Shown: positions 46,924-56,990 of the stretch, piece by piece
Layout: every line of letters starts with the position of its first letter
How positions within the stretch are numbered: the stretch's first letter is position 1
NCBI GenBank assembly: GCA_965218425.1
Contig: OZ244621.1
Span: forward strand, 4,010,812 to 4,074,811
DNA: 64,000 nucleotides
Origin: an uncultured Candidatus Binatia bacterium
GTDB lineage: Bacteria; Desulfobacterota; Binatia; UBA9968; CAXXLF01
Reading direction: 5' to 3'
The notes under the pieces: model-generated
Database searches by the model: none
What the model was told of the DNA's origin: nothing
The model's input: only the letters and a program-made list of their open reading frames with translations
Made by a program: the position numbers and the translations under genes

Positions 46924-47358
46924 ATGTTCGGAGACAAAATACAGAACGGCGGGAACAAGGGAAAACAACTGCTCATTATTTCGGGGGAGTCCGCCCGCCT
47001 GGAAGGAAAGTTTACCATTGGGGAATCCATTCAAATCGAATGCGAGGTCGTAGGAGAGATCAACGTGGAGGGCAGGTTGGTCATCGGGGCAAAGGGAGTG
47101 GTTCGAGCCGATGTGCAAACCGTGGACGCCCTGATTCAGGGACATTATGACGGCAAGATGGTGGCCACCGGGAACGTCGAGGTTACCGCCTCGGGCCGGG
47201 TGTCCGGAAACATAGAGACTGATTCTCTGGTTATTTCCAAAGGCGCCCTTTTTAACGGAACCGTGTCGAAGATGCGGAACGTACCTGAGATTGCGGTGGA
47301 GCATCGACGAGGCTTCGCAGTCATTGACCTCGAAACCACTGCAAAAAAACCTGCTTAG
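46924..47358 (+). CDS. Bactofilin-family polymer-forming cytoskeletal protein
   Basis: 144 aa; repeating beta-helix pattern ...IGESIQIECEVVGEINVEGRLVIGAKGVVRADVQTVDALIQGHYDGKMVATGNVEVTASGRVSGNIETDSLVISKGALFNGTV. Confidence 0.75.
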   Translation: MFGDKIQNGGNKGKQLLIISGESARLEGKFTIGESIQIECEVVGEINVEGRLVIGAKGVVRADVQTVDALIQGHYDGKMVATGNVEVTASGRVSGNIETDSLVISKGALFNGTVSKMRNVPEIAVEHRRGFAVIDLETTAKKPA

Positions 47359-47652
47359 CTTGCCCATGACTCTCCCAGGAAGCATCCACCTTGGCGTTGG
47401 TTTCCTTAACCTTGCCAGCCCCAAATACAAAGAAAAAGACATCCGTCTTTCCGGCGGCGAAGTCATTGGCACCGCCCGCCACCTTAGGCGTCGGGATTCT
47501 TATTACATCGTCAATGGCAACTACCGTCTACCAGCTCGAATACGACGGTACCTTTTGCGAGGGATTTGATCATTCCCTCCAAGCTCGGTATACCACGCGC
47601 AGCCCAACACCTGATCCCCTTAGATCTGGTATCGAGCATCCCGATTCCTAGT

Positions 47653-48126
47653 CTATGAGTTGGGGAAGCAGCCCCTCGCCGGCTTGCGCCTTTGCACGCT
47701 GGCCGGGACTCCCACACGCTCCATGGTTTTTACGACTTGGGGACCACAGGATTTCAGCAGTTCACTATAAATGGCGTCGAGCTCGGAACATTCTATTTCC
47801 AGGGCAATCTTGAAGGCCTCTTCTACGGTGATGGAAGGGGTCCCCCTACCCAGGTAAGCACGCATCTGCCCCTCGAGCCGGCGGGCCTTTTCCTCTCCGA
47901 TGTTGGGATCCAGAGCAAGCCCGTCAAAGCCCTCGACAATCGCCATGCAGGCCATGAGAATACAGACGTGCTGTTCCTCATCCATGGCCATCTGCCACCA
48001 GAAGTCCCTGAGCTCGCCATGATGGGGAAAGAGATGGGAGAAACGGAAATAGACCTTTGAAACCAAGCGCTCGATCTCCGCAAACCTCTTGAAGAGGTCT
48101 TGACCCGTCTGCTGCACAACCGCCAT
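47653..48126 (-). CDS. Ferritin-like (di-iron four-helix-bundle) domain protein
   Basis: Two E-x2-H-containing helices (EIERLV...; MDEEQHV; EIECSELDAIY); 157 aa. Confidence 0.45.
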   Translation of the reverse strand: MAVVQQTGQDLFKRFAEIERLVSKVYFRFSHLFPHHGELRDFWWQMAMDEEQHVCILMACMAIVEGFDGLALDPNIGEEKARRLEGQMRAYLGRGTPSITVEEAFKIALEIECSELDAIYSELLKSCGPQVVKTMERVGVPASVQRRKPARGCFPNS

Positions 48127-48313
48127 TATATAGCCCCCCCCTTTGCAAGCTGGGTTGTGATTCCTTTCGATCTCCTAAAATATCACTCGGCCACTAGGGA
48201 GGAGCAGCACGTTGACAGGAACAGCAAAAAATGTAATTTTTTACCTCCAATCGTTTTAGCCGGCCCGTTCCCAGAAATAATACTACTATTGAGAACCGCA
48301 TAATATAGTAACA

Positions 48314-48847
48314 TTGGATAAGAACTTAATGTATAGTGGTGGTATGGGAAACCCACTTGGAGTGCGACGGGACTTTGAAGCATTGGAGCGGCGGTGGATG
48401 GAGGCGGGGAGGCTGTTGAAGCGAGGGCTGTCGGAGGCGGAGGTGGCGCGTTGGGTGGGAGTGCACCGCCAGTCGGTGAATCGATGGGCGCGGCAGTTGG
48501 CCGAGAGCGGCAGAGCCGGGCTCAAGCAGGCGGGGCGTGCCGGACGCAAGCCGCGACTGAGCCCGGCGGATCTGAAGAAGATCGAGGGCGGTTTGAAACG
48601 GGGACCCGAAGCGCTGGGGTACGACACGAGCCTGTGGACCGCAAGGCGAGTGGCCCACTTGATTGGGGAAGCCTGCGGAGTCACATACCATCCGGGCCAT
48701 GTTTGGCGGATATTGCGGCAGTTGGGGTGGAGTTGCCAGCGGCCGACGGGACGTGCCTTGGAACGAGATGAAGAGGCGATCCGGCAGTGGAAGAAGAAGC
48801 GCTGGCCGGAGATTAAAAAAAAGCCCGAAACGAGGGGCGAACCATAG
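48314..48847 (+). CDS. IS630-family transposase, N-terminal HTH part (frame 1)
   Basis: ...LSEAEVARWVGVHRQSVNRWARQL... is a helix-turn-helix; ends just after GATTAAAAAAAAGCCC (48812-48827), a classic -1 slippery run. Confidence 0.8.
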   Translation: MDKNLMYSGGMGNPLGVRRDFEALERRWMEAGRLLKRGLSEAEVARWVGVHRQSVNRWARQLAESGRAGLKQAGRAGRKPRLSPADLKKIEGGLKRGPEALGYDTSLWTARRVAHLIGEACGVTYHPGHVWRILRQLGWSCQRPTGRALERDEEAIRQWKKKRWPEIKKKPETRGEP

Positions 48848-49353
48848 TGTTCGTGGACGAAAGCGGGCTGAGCGAGCGGCCGAATCGGTATCGTACGTGG
48901 TCGCCCCGAGGACAGACGCCAGTGCTGCAATATCACTTCAACTGGAAGAGTCTGTCGGCCATCGCCGGAGTCACCTGGTGGCGCTTGTACTTTCGAGTGT
49001 ATCCGGGAGCCATCAAGAGCCCCCAGATCATCGAATTCCTGAAGCACTTGATGCGTCATGTTTCCGGGCCGCTGCTGGTAGTGTGGGACGGACTGCCCAG
49101 CCACCGGAGCCGGTTGGTTCGGGACTTTGTTGCCGCTACCGAAGGCGCGTTGGTGCTGGAACGGTTGCCGGCCTATGCACCGGAACTGAATCCCGTCGAA
49201 TACCTCTGGGGATACTGGAAGCATCATGAACTGCCCAACTTCTGTGCCAAGGACTTCGCTCAACTCAGCCACCATGCTCGTCGGGCCCTTTGCCGAATGC
49301 GCCGCAGGCCTCGTCTCGTTACCGCCTTCTGGAAACAGTCCAGCCTTTTCTGA
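48847..49353 (+). CDS. IS630-family transposase, DDE catalytic part (frame 2)
   Basis: VFVDESG...LVVWDGLPSHRS...AYAPELNPVEYLWGYWK is the DDE/D motif block of IS630/Tc1 transposases. Confidence 0.8.
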   Translation: MFVDESGLSERPNRYRTWSPRGQTPVLQYHFNWKSLSAIAGVTWWRLYFRVYPGAIKSPQIIEFLKHLMRHVSGPLLVVWDGLPSHRSRLVRDFVAATEGALVLERLPAYAPELNPVEYLWGYWKHHELPNFCAKDFAQLSHHARRALCRMRRRPRLVTAFWKQSSLF

Positions 49354-49399
49354 TGTCATTATATTATACGAGGATCAATAGGGGACCATCCGAGTTGTT

Positions 49400-50734
49400 A
49401 TGAGCTCCAAGACCGACCAGGCATTCACCCTTCCATCCGCCGACCTGGCCGAACATGTGCAAGAGGCCCGGAGTCGCACATTGGAATTGGTTAGAGACCT
49501 GACCGACGGGCAACTGGTGGTGCCGAAAATCGATACCCTTAACCCCGTCATCTGGGAGTTGGGGCACATCGCCTTTTTCTACGACATCTTCCTTCTCAGA
49601 AACCTTGAAACCGAGGAGCTCCTCTTGAGCGGGGCCGAGAAAATCTACGATTCGTTCAAAGTAGATCACGAGGATCGCTGGGATCTCCTGCTCCCCTCAA
49701 GAAAAGAAACCTTAGATTATATGGAACGCGTGATGGAACGGGCCGTGGATCGGTTGGGTTCACACAAACCCAGTGCAAAGGAAACCTACCTTTACCTGCT
49801 CACCGTCCTGCACGAGGACATGCACGATGAGGCCTTGACCATGATGAGGCAGACTCTCAAGTATGCTCCACCTGAACTGAGTATAGGCCAGAACAGCAGG
49901 GACGCCATTAAGAGTGATGATGCTTCATTATTGGGTGACGTTGAAGTACCCGGAGGAATCTTTCAGTTGGGTGCGGGCCATGGGACACCATTCCTTTTTG
50001 ATAACGAGAAATGGGCGCACCTAGTGAAAGTCCCTGCTTTCAGAATTTCCCGTGTGCCCGTCACCAATGCCCAATTTGCCGATTTTGTTGAGGACGAGGG
50101 ATATCTACGCAGTGAATTCTGGAGCGACCAGGGATGGGTCTGGCGAACCAAACGGGTGGCGACACAACCAAACTATTGGAAACGGGATGGGAAGGGGTGG
50201 CACCGATGGCGTTTCAATGAGCTGGTTCCCTTGGAAAGAGACAACCCCGTGGCTCACGTGAACTGGTACGAAGCGGAAGCGTATTGCCGCTGGGCCAAGA
50301 GGCGGCTTCCCACCGAAGCCGAGTGGGAACTGGCAGCCAGCGCGGAGCCCACGGCCAATGGTAAGGGAATCAAGAAACGCAAGCGAAGGTTCCCCTGGGG
50401 AGACGAGCCCCCGTCGCCGGATCGAGCGAACCTCGACTCTCGTCATCTGGGCACAGTGAATGTAGCTGCGTTTCCTGCCGGCGATAGCGCCTTTGGCTGC
50501 CGCCAGATGTTGGGAAACGTCTGGGAGTGGACAGAATCCGCCTTTTATCCTTTTCCCGGATACATCGTGGATTGGCCCTACAAAGAATACTCAGCCCCGT
50601 GGTTTGGTGACCGCAGGGTGTTAAAAGGAGGCGCCTGGACAACCCGCTCTAGGCTCGCCAACAACACCTACCGCAACTTCTTCGAGCCCCACCGTCGTGA
50701 CGTTTATGCGGGTTTTCGCACCTGCGCTCTCTAA
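49400..50734 (+). CDS. EgtB-like sulfoxide synthase (DinB_2 domain + FGE-sulfatase domain)
   Basis: ELGHIAFFYD and LTVLHEDMHDEAL (3-His iron site as in EgtB); C-terminal FGE-like HVNWYEAEAYCRWAKRRLPTEAEWE...GNVWEWTESAF; 444 aa. Confidence 0.65.
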   Translation: MSSKTDQAFTLPSADLAEHVQEARSRTLELVRDLTDGQLVVPKIDTLNPVIWELGHIAFFYDIFLLRNLETEELLLSGAEKIYDSFKVDHEDRWDLLLPSRKETLDYMERVMERAVDRLGSHKPSAKETYLYLLTVLHEDMHDEALTMMRQTLKYAPPELSIGQNSRDAIKSDDASLLGDVEVPGGIFQLGAGHGTPFLFDNEKWAHLVKVPAFRISRVPVTNAQFADFVEDEGYLRSEFWSDQGWVWRTKRVATQPNYWKRDGKGWHRWRFNELVPLERDNPVAHVNWYEAEAYCRWAKRRLPTEAEWELAASAEPTANGKGIKKRKRRFPWGDEPPSPDRANLDSRHLGTVNVAAFPAGDSAFGCRQMLGNVWEWTESAFYPFPGYIVDWPYKEYSAPWFGDRRVLKGGAWTTRSRLANNTYRNFFEPHRRDVYAGFRTCAL

Positions 50735-50749
50735 CCATTCGTACTCTTC

Positions 50750-51910
50750 TTATGAGCTCTCTTGGCCCTGATATTTCTCGATATCAAGAAGGTTAGCGGT
50801 TCGCTTTCTTATTTTTAAAAATTTCTTTCCCCAGATGCCCATCTCCGTCAATTCCTTCTGGCCCATGAATTTGTGAGTGGCAAACACGACCGCGGTTTTC
50901 TGTTTTTTCCTTGCCTGCTTGGCGATGCGTTCGGCGCGGTCGCCGTTCAGGGCGGAGTCGGCGCTGGGCAGGAAGTCGAGGTCCGGCTCGTAGATGAGAT
51001 AGAACAGGCGGTCGTCCGTTTCGTGGAAAAGGCCGTCATTGCTCTTTGCCTTGCCTGCCTGTTGGGCAGACAGGCGGATTTTATCCGGAGCTTGGCCGGT
51101 GGCGATGTAGACAAGGTGGCGGGCGATGGTTTCGTAGTCGGGCAGGCTCTCTCCGGTGAGCATTTTCTCAACGCTGATTTCTTCGCCCAGCGTACAATAG
51201 GTGAAGCCGCCCCCCAGCCTGTTTTTCAGGCTCTCGTCCTTTGCTTTCGGAACGCCTTTTATCACGCGGCGCACGCGCTCGGCGGTGATGCTGTCGGCAT
51301 AATCTTCACATTCCACGAGGATGAACTTGCGGTTGCCGCCGTCTTCGGCGTTGAGCGCCAAGACCGCCTGAGCGGTAGTGCCGGAGCCGGCGAAGGAATC
51401 GAGGATAACGGAATCTTTGTCGCTGGCAATTTGGAGAATGCGACGAAGCAACTTCGTTGGCTTCGGTGTGATAAAGACATCCTGAGATGGTCCCAGTTCC
51501 AAAAGGCGACTCAACTCTTGTTTCGCGTTCCTCGTACTACCGGCGTCTTTCCATGACCAGAGCGTTTGCGGCACCACTCCGGCGCGAACTTCCGATAAGA
51601 AGCGTTTGATGCCCGGACGGTTGTTCCCTAGTTTTCCCCACCAAATACGATCATCTTCGGCAAGTTATTGGAACTTTCCTTTACTGATTCACCAATAGCT
51701 TCCAGCAGGAGGACCTTTAATGATTTTCCCAGACGGCGTTTTTATTGAATAGCGGCCCCGGGCGTAAAAATTTCTGGCAGCTAGATCGCTTAGCAACCAA
51801 GGCCCGCGCGGGTCCTCGTCTGGGTTTTTGTACCGCTCCAGCGTTCGGGATGGAACGGTCAGGTGATGGGCATAGACAAGCTGCTTTCCCTTGAAATCGA
51901 GGACGGGCAT
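50750..51910 (-). pseudogene. Beta-class N6/N4 DNA methyltransferase (type III Mod-like) remnant: N-terminally truncated and internally frameshifted
   Basis: C-terminal part carries motif I ...VILDSFAGSGTTAQAV; upstream fragment ...YKNPDEDPRGPW...; frames are interrupted by stops between 51577 and 51689; no DPPY motif IV region remains and no res or other RM partner is adjacent. Confidence 0.6.
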
Positions 51911-51951
51911 GGGAATCTATTTAACCTCGCACGTCTGCATGGTCTTTCGCC

Positions 51952-52989
51952 TTATCGTCGTCGTTTCTCAAAATTCCGGGCTCGCTCCATGAAAACCGAA
52001 GGATTTGCCTTCCACTCCGGATAACCAATGCGCCCGTTATCGGTAAGCAGGTTGATTTTCTCATCGAGGCAGGCCGCCAAGGCGGCGTCCGCTACTTGAA
52101 GCGCAAAGCCGCCGCGTTCGCGCCTGGCGGGATCGGGGTCCTGCACCGCCATCACCAAAGCGCCGCCGGACGCAACACTGGCGTCACTGTTGCCGATATT
52201 ACCCCTTGCCACTGCGTCTATCTCGCCGTTTTTCAAAGCGTCCAGCAACTTCCCTTCCTGATCGTAGTATCTCACCTGCGGCATCGTCGAATCCGCAGGG
52301 CTGATAGATTTCCGCTTTTCAAGACGATCCGATTCTCCGGCGGCGGTGATGAAGTAGCTCTTGCCGCCATCGGCAACCACCACAGCTCCTCCCTCAACAG
52401 CAACCCTTGTGCCGGAGACCAGAACCCCGTTCTCGTCGGTAATACCTGTCAGTTGCAGCAGGCGCTCCTCTCCGGTCGTTTCAGCAACGACACCAACGCG
52501 GTAGGCACGGGTCAGCTTATCGTAGCTGTCAAGACGCTCCTTGTCCTGCGCGCGTACCAGAAGGGTCTGCAAAAACGATATGTGCCCCGACGTGAATACG
52601 ACCACCTTTTCTCCGGCGTCGTTGCGGGTTCGGTCTTCACGAATGGTGATTCCGCCGCCGACAATATCGTATTCCGGGCGAGCGGCTTTGAGCCAGATAC
52701 CCCTGAAGGGATCGCCGATACCGCGACGGGAAAAGGATAGTCCGGCGCCGTCCATTGCCTCCAAGGCGGTCAGCAGATCCGCTTCATAACCGCGATGAAC
52801 GTTAAACCCGCCGGAACCGGAGGCACGGTCCTCACTGTAGCTGACGGGCTTGAAGTCGGAATAGAAACCCACGTTGAGAATGCGTCCGCCGTCCCTGCAT
52901 ACCCCTGTCGCCGACCCGAGAGCCACAAGAACAGCCGTCGAAAATACAGCTATCCCGCCCATGAAAACAGACTTGCCTGCAAATTTCAT
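51952..52989 (-). CDS. Periplasmic substrate-binding protein, SBP_bac_3 (amino-acid-binding) family
   Basis: Signal peptide MKFAGKSVFMGGIAVFSTAVLVALGSA; two-lobed binding-protein architecture; start reassigned to the Met at 52989. Confidence 0.55.
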   Translation of the reverse strand: MKFAGKSVFMGGIAVFSTAVLVALGSATGVCRDGGRILNVGFYSDFKPVSYSEDRASGSGGFNVHRGYEADLLTALEAMDGAGLSFSRRGIGDPFRGIWLKAARPEYDIVGGGITIREDRTRNDAGEKVVVFTSGHISFLQTLLVRAQDKERLDSYDKLTRAYRVGVVAETTGEERLLQLTGITDENGVLVSGTRVAVEGGAVVVADGGKSYFITAAGESDRLEKRKSISPADSTMPQVRYYDQEGKLLDALKNGEIDAVARGNIGNSDASVASGGALVMAVQDPDPARRERGGFALQVADAALAACLDEKINLLTDNGRIGYPEWKANPSVFMERARNFEKRRR

Positions 52990-53072
52990 TGTAAAAAGTA
53001 TACCCCAGGATTGTTGCTTCAACAAATCTAAATTGGCATTCTTGAACTTCGTTCGTATAGTACCGGGCACGC

Positions 53073-53165
53073 ATGATGGATTTCACGCTTACCGAAGATC
53101 AAGTTCAACACCGCGAGGAGATTCGCAGGGTTTGCCGGGACTTTTCCGATCCTTACCGGCTGTGA
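53073..53165 (+). pseudogene. Acyl-CoA dehydrogenase N-terminal fragment (30 codons)
   Basis: MMDFTLTEDQVQHREEIRRVCRDFSDPYRL* matches the typical ACAD N-terminus and is followed immediately by a stop. Confidence 0.4.
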
Positions 53166-53266
53166 GCGGCCAGAAATAATTGGAAATGGGCGGTAAATTT
53201 AGCGGTTTTTGGCTTGAAAATCAGGGGTTCAACGGCGTTTACCTGGCCGGTTTTGGACGGTACGGG

Positions 53267-53503
53267 TTCAGTAATTTCGTATGAGTATCTCCTGACGCCG
53301 ATTGCCGGGCACGGCGGCCTTGGCGTCGATGGCGCTGTATCTGGTCGATACCTGCTCTATCTGAACCTCCCCGAAGATCCCGCGCGGCTCGGCATGATCG
53401 TTTAGAGAGAGGAGAAACCGGCCCTTGAGCACCCGTACCAGATCGGCTAAATCGAGATAGTCTCGGCGCTCGCCGCTACGAAATTTACGAGTTGCGAGGC
53501 TAA
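53267..53503 (-). pseudogene. C-terminal fragment of a Dam-like (D12-class) DNA adenine methyltransferase
   Basis: The minus-strand frame reads ...DYLDLADLVRVLKGRFLLSLNDHAEPRGIFGEV...STRYSAIDAKAAVPGNRRQEILIRNY*, the conserved C-terminal block of D12 N6-adenine methyltransferases; no upstream catalytic region remains. Confidence 0.5.
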
Positions 53504-53709
53504 GGGGTTTCTAATATCTTCGGCACTCAATGGCAACTTCGAGACCCGGGCATGGGCCAATCCGCTTATATAAGACAGCGAAAGATCTTAGATTTATTAA
53601 TTGCAATCCACATCCATTCAGGTTATGGGAAAGCCAACCGAGACACGCCTTGGTCATCGTTGAATGAAGATCGTAAAGGGTGAATTAAACACAGGGTGGC
53701 TTTTATTTC

Positions 53710-54153
53710 ATGAGCGACATCAAGTTTCGACTCAGGCATACCATGTTACCTGTGCGCGATCTCGATCGATCCATCGATTTTTACACCCGGCTACTCGGAA
53801 TGGACATCATGCGGCTACGCCGACAGGACGAAACGACTCGAGTTGGTTACCTGGGTTACGGTAGCGAGGATGAAGGACCAGCACTTGAGATGATCCAGAG
53901 TGGTGAACCGACGAGTTCTGTTCAGATACCAACCTGGGCAGGCCATATCGCGATCATGGTTTCGGACCTGTACGCGCTCTGTGAAAAGTTAAAAGAGGCC
54001 GGGGTGGAATTTACCCAAGAACCTCATCCCAACAGACCCGGAAGTCGAGACCACATGGCCTACATTCTTGATCCGGATGGCTACGTCATCGAGCTAAACG
54101 AACGGCATACCCTGACTGGCCCACCCTTCAAGCGTCCTGTTCCACCAGCCTAA
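53710..54153 (+). CDS. gloA: Lactoylglutathione lyase (glyoxalase I)
   Basis: RLRHTMLPVRDLDRSIDFYTRLLGMDIMR ... HIAIMV... is the typical GloA sequence; followed by a terminator-like hairpin GGGGGCC-gaac-AGGCCCCC (54271-54300). Confidence 0.8.
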   Translation: MSDIKFRLRHTMLPVRDLDRSIDFYTRLLGMDIMRLRRQDETTRVGYLGYGSEDEGPALEMIQSGEPTSSVQIPTWAGHIAIMVSDLYALCEKLKEAGVEFTQEPHPNRPGSRDHMAYILDPDGYVIELNERHTLTGPPFKRPVPPA

Positions 54154-54304
54154 ACAGTACCCTGAAACGGAGTTGACCCAAGTCTGCCCACTGGGATCAT
54201 CAGGTCATGGCCCATGCCCCGTCTACCATTTCTACCCCTAAATTGGTAGAGTTTGAGGAAGAATAAACGGGGGCCGAACAGGCCCCCTTCGTCTATTGAT
54301 CACC

Positions 54305-56128
54305 ATGAAATTAAATCCAAGCCGAAGACAAAATATTCGAAACATTGCCATCATCGCGCACGTGGATCACGGTAAGACGACTTTGGTGGATGCCATGCTG
54401 CACCAGAGCGGCATTTTTCGCGCCAACGAGCAGGTAATGGAGCGGGTCATGGACTCCTTCGATATAGAACGGGAAAGGGGAATCACCATCTTGGCGAAGA
54501 ACACCTCCATCGATTACGCCGGCGTCAAGATCAACATCGTAGATACCCCAGGCCACTCGGACTTTGGCGGTGAAGTGGAACGGACCCTGGCCATGGTGGA
54601 CGGGGTCTTGCTGCTGGTGGATGCCTCCGAAGGGCCGTTGCCCCAAACCCGCTTTGTCCTGAAAAAGGCCCTGGAGCTAGAACTTCCCCCAGTCGTCTGC
54701 ATCAACAAGATCGACCGGGCGGACGCCCGAATTCGCGAGGTGCTGGATGAAATCTACGGATTGTTCATCGACCTGGACGCCACCGAAGATCAACTGGACT
54801 TTCCAGTAGTCTATACTAACGCCCGCGCGGGAACGGCCACCCGAGATCTGCAGGAGAGTTCCAATAGCTTGGCCCCCCTGTTCGACCTCATCCTTCAATC
54901 TCTTCCCGGTCCCCTGGTGGACCCTGACGCACCCATCCAGTTTCAAATCAACAACCTGGATTACAACGATTATGTGGGCCGCTTGGGTATAGGACGGGTG
55001 AGCAACGGCACTTTGAGAGCGGGTGGTCTCTATACTCTCTGCCGTAGTGACGGCTCCCAACTCCCCATCAAAGTAACACAGCTCTTCGGATGGCACGGCT
55101 TGAAACGTATGGATCTCGATGTGGCCGAGGCGGGTACGATAGCCGCTGTGGCAGGGATTGAGGAGATCTATATTGGAGACACCATAACCGACCGGGAACA
55201 ATCTCGCCCCCTTCCGGCCATCCACGTGGAAGAACCCACCATTACCATGGTCTTCGGAGTCAACACCTCGCCTTGGGCGGGGCGGGAAGGGAACTATGTA
55301 ACTTCCCGCAAATTGCGGGAGCGACTCGTCTTGGAACAGCGTCGGAACGTAAGTCTCAAAATTAAAGATACCACTTCCCCGGATGCCATGCGAGTTACGG
55401 GTCGGGGCGAGTTGCAGCTGGCGGTTTTGATCGAGACCATGCGTCGGGAGGGATACGAACTGGCCGTTTCCCGGCCCGCCGTGGTGACCCGTGAGATCAA
55501 TCAAAACCTCCATGAGCCAATCGAGTTATTGATTATCGACGTTCCCGACGCTTACGTGGGTGTGGTCACCCAACTCCTGGGCGTACGACGAGGACAGTTA
55601 AGGAAAATGGACCACGCGGGATCGGGCCGGGTCAACCTCGAATTTTCCGTCCCTTCACGCGGGCTCATCGGCTTTCGCTCCCGCTTTCTCATCGAAACCA
55701 GAGGAACGGGTCTCACGAACACGTTATTCGACGGGTGGGCGCCCTGGAATGGACCCATTCAAGGGAGAACCAATGGCGCCATTGTGGCAGACCGAGAGGG
55801 CAAGGCGACTCCCTATTCTATCTTTCACATGCAAGAAAGGGGAACGATCTTTATCGCGCCGGGGACCCGCGTCTATGAAGGGATGATCATCGGTGAATAC
55901 TCCCGCGACGCCGACCTCACCGTGAATATTTGCCGCGAGAAGAAACTAACCAACGTACGGGCAGCGGGCAGCGATGAGAACGTTCTCATCACGCCTCATC
56001 GGGAGATCGGGCTCGAAGACGGCATCGAATGGATCGATGACGACGAGTTGGTGGAGGTCACACCTCAATCCATCCGGCTTAGAAAAACCCTGCTGAAGCA
56101 GATGGACAGAAAAAGCAGTAAATCCTAA
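54305..56128 (+). CDS. typA: Translational GTPase TypA/BipA
   Basis: ...[19 protein letters not shown] (G1), DTPGH (G3), NKID (G4), plus the EF-G-like domains and BipA C-terminal domain; the ATG at 54305 is preferred over the in-frame TTG at 54296. Confidence 0.9.
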   Translation: MKLNPSRRQNIRNIAIIAHVDHGKTTLVDAMLHQSGIFRANEQVMERVMDSFDIERERGITILAKNTSIDYAGVKINIVDTPGHSDFGGEVERTLAMVDGVLLLVDASEGPLPQTRFVLKKALELELPPVVCINKIDRADARIREVLDEIYGLFIDLDATEDQLDFPVVYTNARAGTATRDLQESSNSLAPLFDLILQSLPGPLVDPDAPIQFQINNLDYNDYVGRLGIGRVSNGTLRAGGLYTLCRSDGSQLPIKVTQLFGWHGLKRMDLDVAEAGTIAAVAGIEEIYIGDTITDREQSRPLPAIHVEEPTITMVFGVNTSPWAGREGNYVTSRKLRERLVLEQRRNVSLKIKDTTSPDAMRVTGRGELQLAVLIETMRREGYELAVSRPAVVTREINQNLHEPIELLIIDVPDAYVGVVTQLLGVRRGQLRKMDHAGSGRVNLEFSVPSRGLIGFRSRFLIETRGTGLTNTLFDGWAPWNGPIQGRTNGAIVADREGKATPYSIFHMQERGTIFIAPGTRVYEGMIIGEYSRDADLTVNICREKKLTNVRAAGSDENVLITPHREIGLEDGIEWIDDDELVEVTPQSIRLRKTLLKQMDRKSSKS

Positions 56129-56202
56129 CCCCCCGTCATCCCGCCAAGTCCACCGTTCCATGCCTCCATACTTTTCAATCATACTGGATTAGAGTCCGTC
56201 CA

Positions 56203-56345
56203 TAAAACCATACTGACGAATTTTGCGCCGCTATCGAGCCTTTCTACATATGGGCTGAGGTGATTACCGAGAAAGACATCCAGGTCCCTATTGAAGGGGC
56301 CTAGTTTCCCTCATCCGCATCCGGGAGGTGACGCACCTTGGTCAT
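56203..56345 (-). pseudogene. Short decayed fragment homologous to the N-terminal region of the NMT1-like binding-protein gene at 58502-59467
   Basis: About 130 nt aligns to 59241-59370 (shared ACATATGGGCT.A.GTGATTACCGAG...TTTCCCTC...GACGCACC); the translation needs frameshifts and contains stops. Confidence 0.45.
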
Positions 56346-56654
56346 TGTGATGGTGGGTGCAATCGTGATATCTGTAGTTTGCCAGTTGACCCCGTGCCAC
56401 GAATTTAGGCCTATGGTTTGGGCCACGGTCCTAGCAGGGAGTCCGGAATCTTCATTTCAGGGGTTACGAGCCGGGCGTTTTGTGGTTCGGGGGTAAAGAT
56501 AAAACTGCACCAACGGGCAACCTTTCATGATCCGTGAAGAAGCCGCTGTCACCATTGCCCAGCGGATCAAAGATAAGGGGTTAATGTATGTTGCACGGGC
56601 CGAAATAGCGAAGGGGAACTCACACTGCTAGCTCCCCTTCGCACGACACTTCAG

Positions 56655-56945
56655 TCAGCGGACTGCGGTGAGGGGTTCGTCTTCCAGGTGACCTTCTTCT
56701 TTGGCGCGGTCTAATACCGCCTGAATTGTATTGATCAGGCTACGGGCCGACTCCATGCTCAGCTCCACCCCCACCCGAGCCCCAACTCCTTCAGCCTCAT
56801 TGGCAAAGTCGATATTCACGGCATGTTCGTAGGATGCGTGAACCGGGTGGTCGTAAGAAACATTGACCTCTTTTACCTTGAACCAACCGACGGCCCCTTT
56901 GCCACAACCATCGATCAAAGCTTGATTGATAATCGAAGTACACAT
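56655..56945 (-). CDS. Hypothetical protein (96 aa)
   Basis: Compact ORF with good coding periodicity; no family recognised. Confidence 0.3.
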   Translation of the reverse strand: MCTSIINQALIDGCGKGAVGWFKVKEVNVSYDHPVHASYEHAVNIDFANEAEGVGARVGVELSMESARSLINTIQAVLDRAKEEGHLEDEPLTAVR

Positions 56946-56990
56946 AATTACACTCCTCTTTTTACTCGACCAAAAGAACCGCCGCCCGAT

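Larger units (their letters stand above)
48287..49380 (+). mobile_element. IS630-family (Tc1/mariner superfamily) insertion sequence with TA target duplication and a programmed-frameshift transposase
   Basis: Imperfect ~26-bp inverted repeats (TTGAGAACCGCATAATATAGTAACA / reverse complement TTGATCCTCGTATAATATAATGACA) bounded by TA at 48287-48288 and 49379-49380; two transposase ORFs joined at an A8G run. Confidence 0.8.

Noticed and set aside
46906-47472. 188-aa minus-strand ORF overlapping the intact bactofilin gene
   Set aside because: Antisense to a well-supported bactofilin; no family features.
48286-49359. 357-aa minus-strand ORF spanning the IS630 element
   Set aside because: It is antisense to the two transposase frames, which have clear HTH and DDE homology; the product is low-complexity and Arg/Pro-rich, as expected of a GC-rich antisense frame.
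50873-51556. 227-aa plus-strand ORF
   Set aside because: Antisense to the methyltransferase remnant; no motifs.
54677-55513. 278-aa minus-strand ORF
   Set aside because: Antisense to typA/bipA, whose GTPase motifs are unambiguous.
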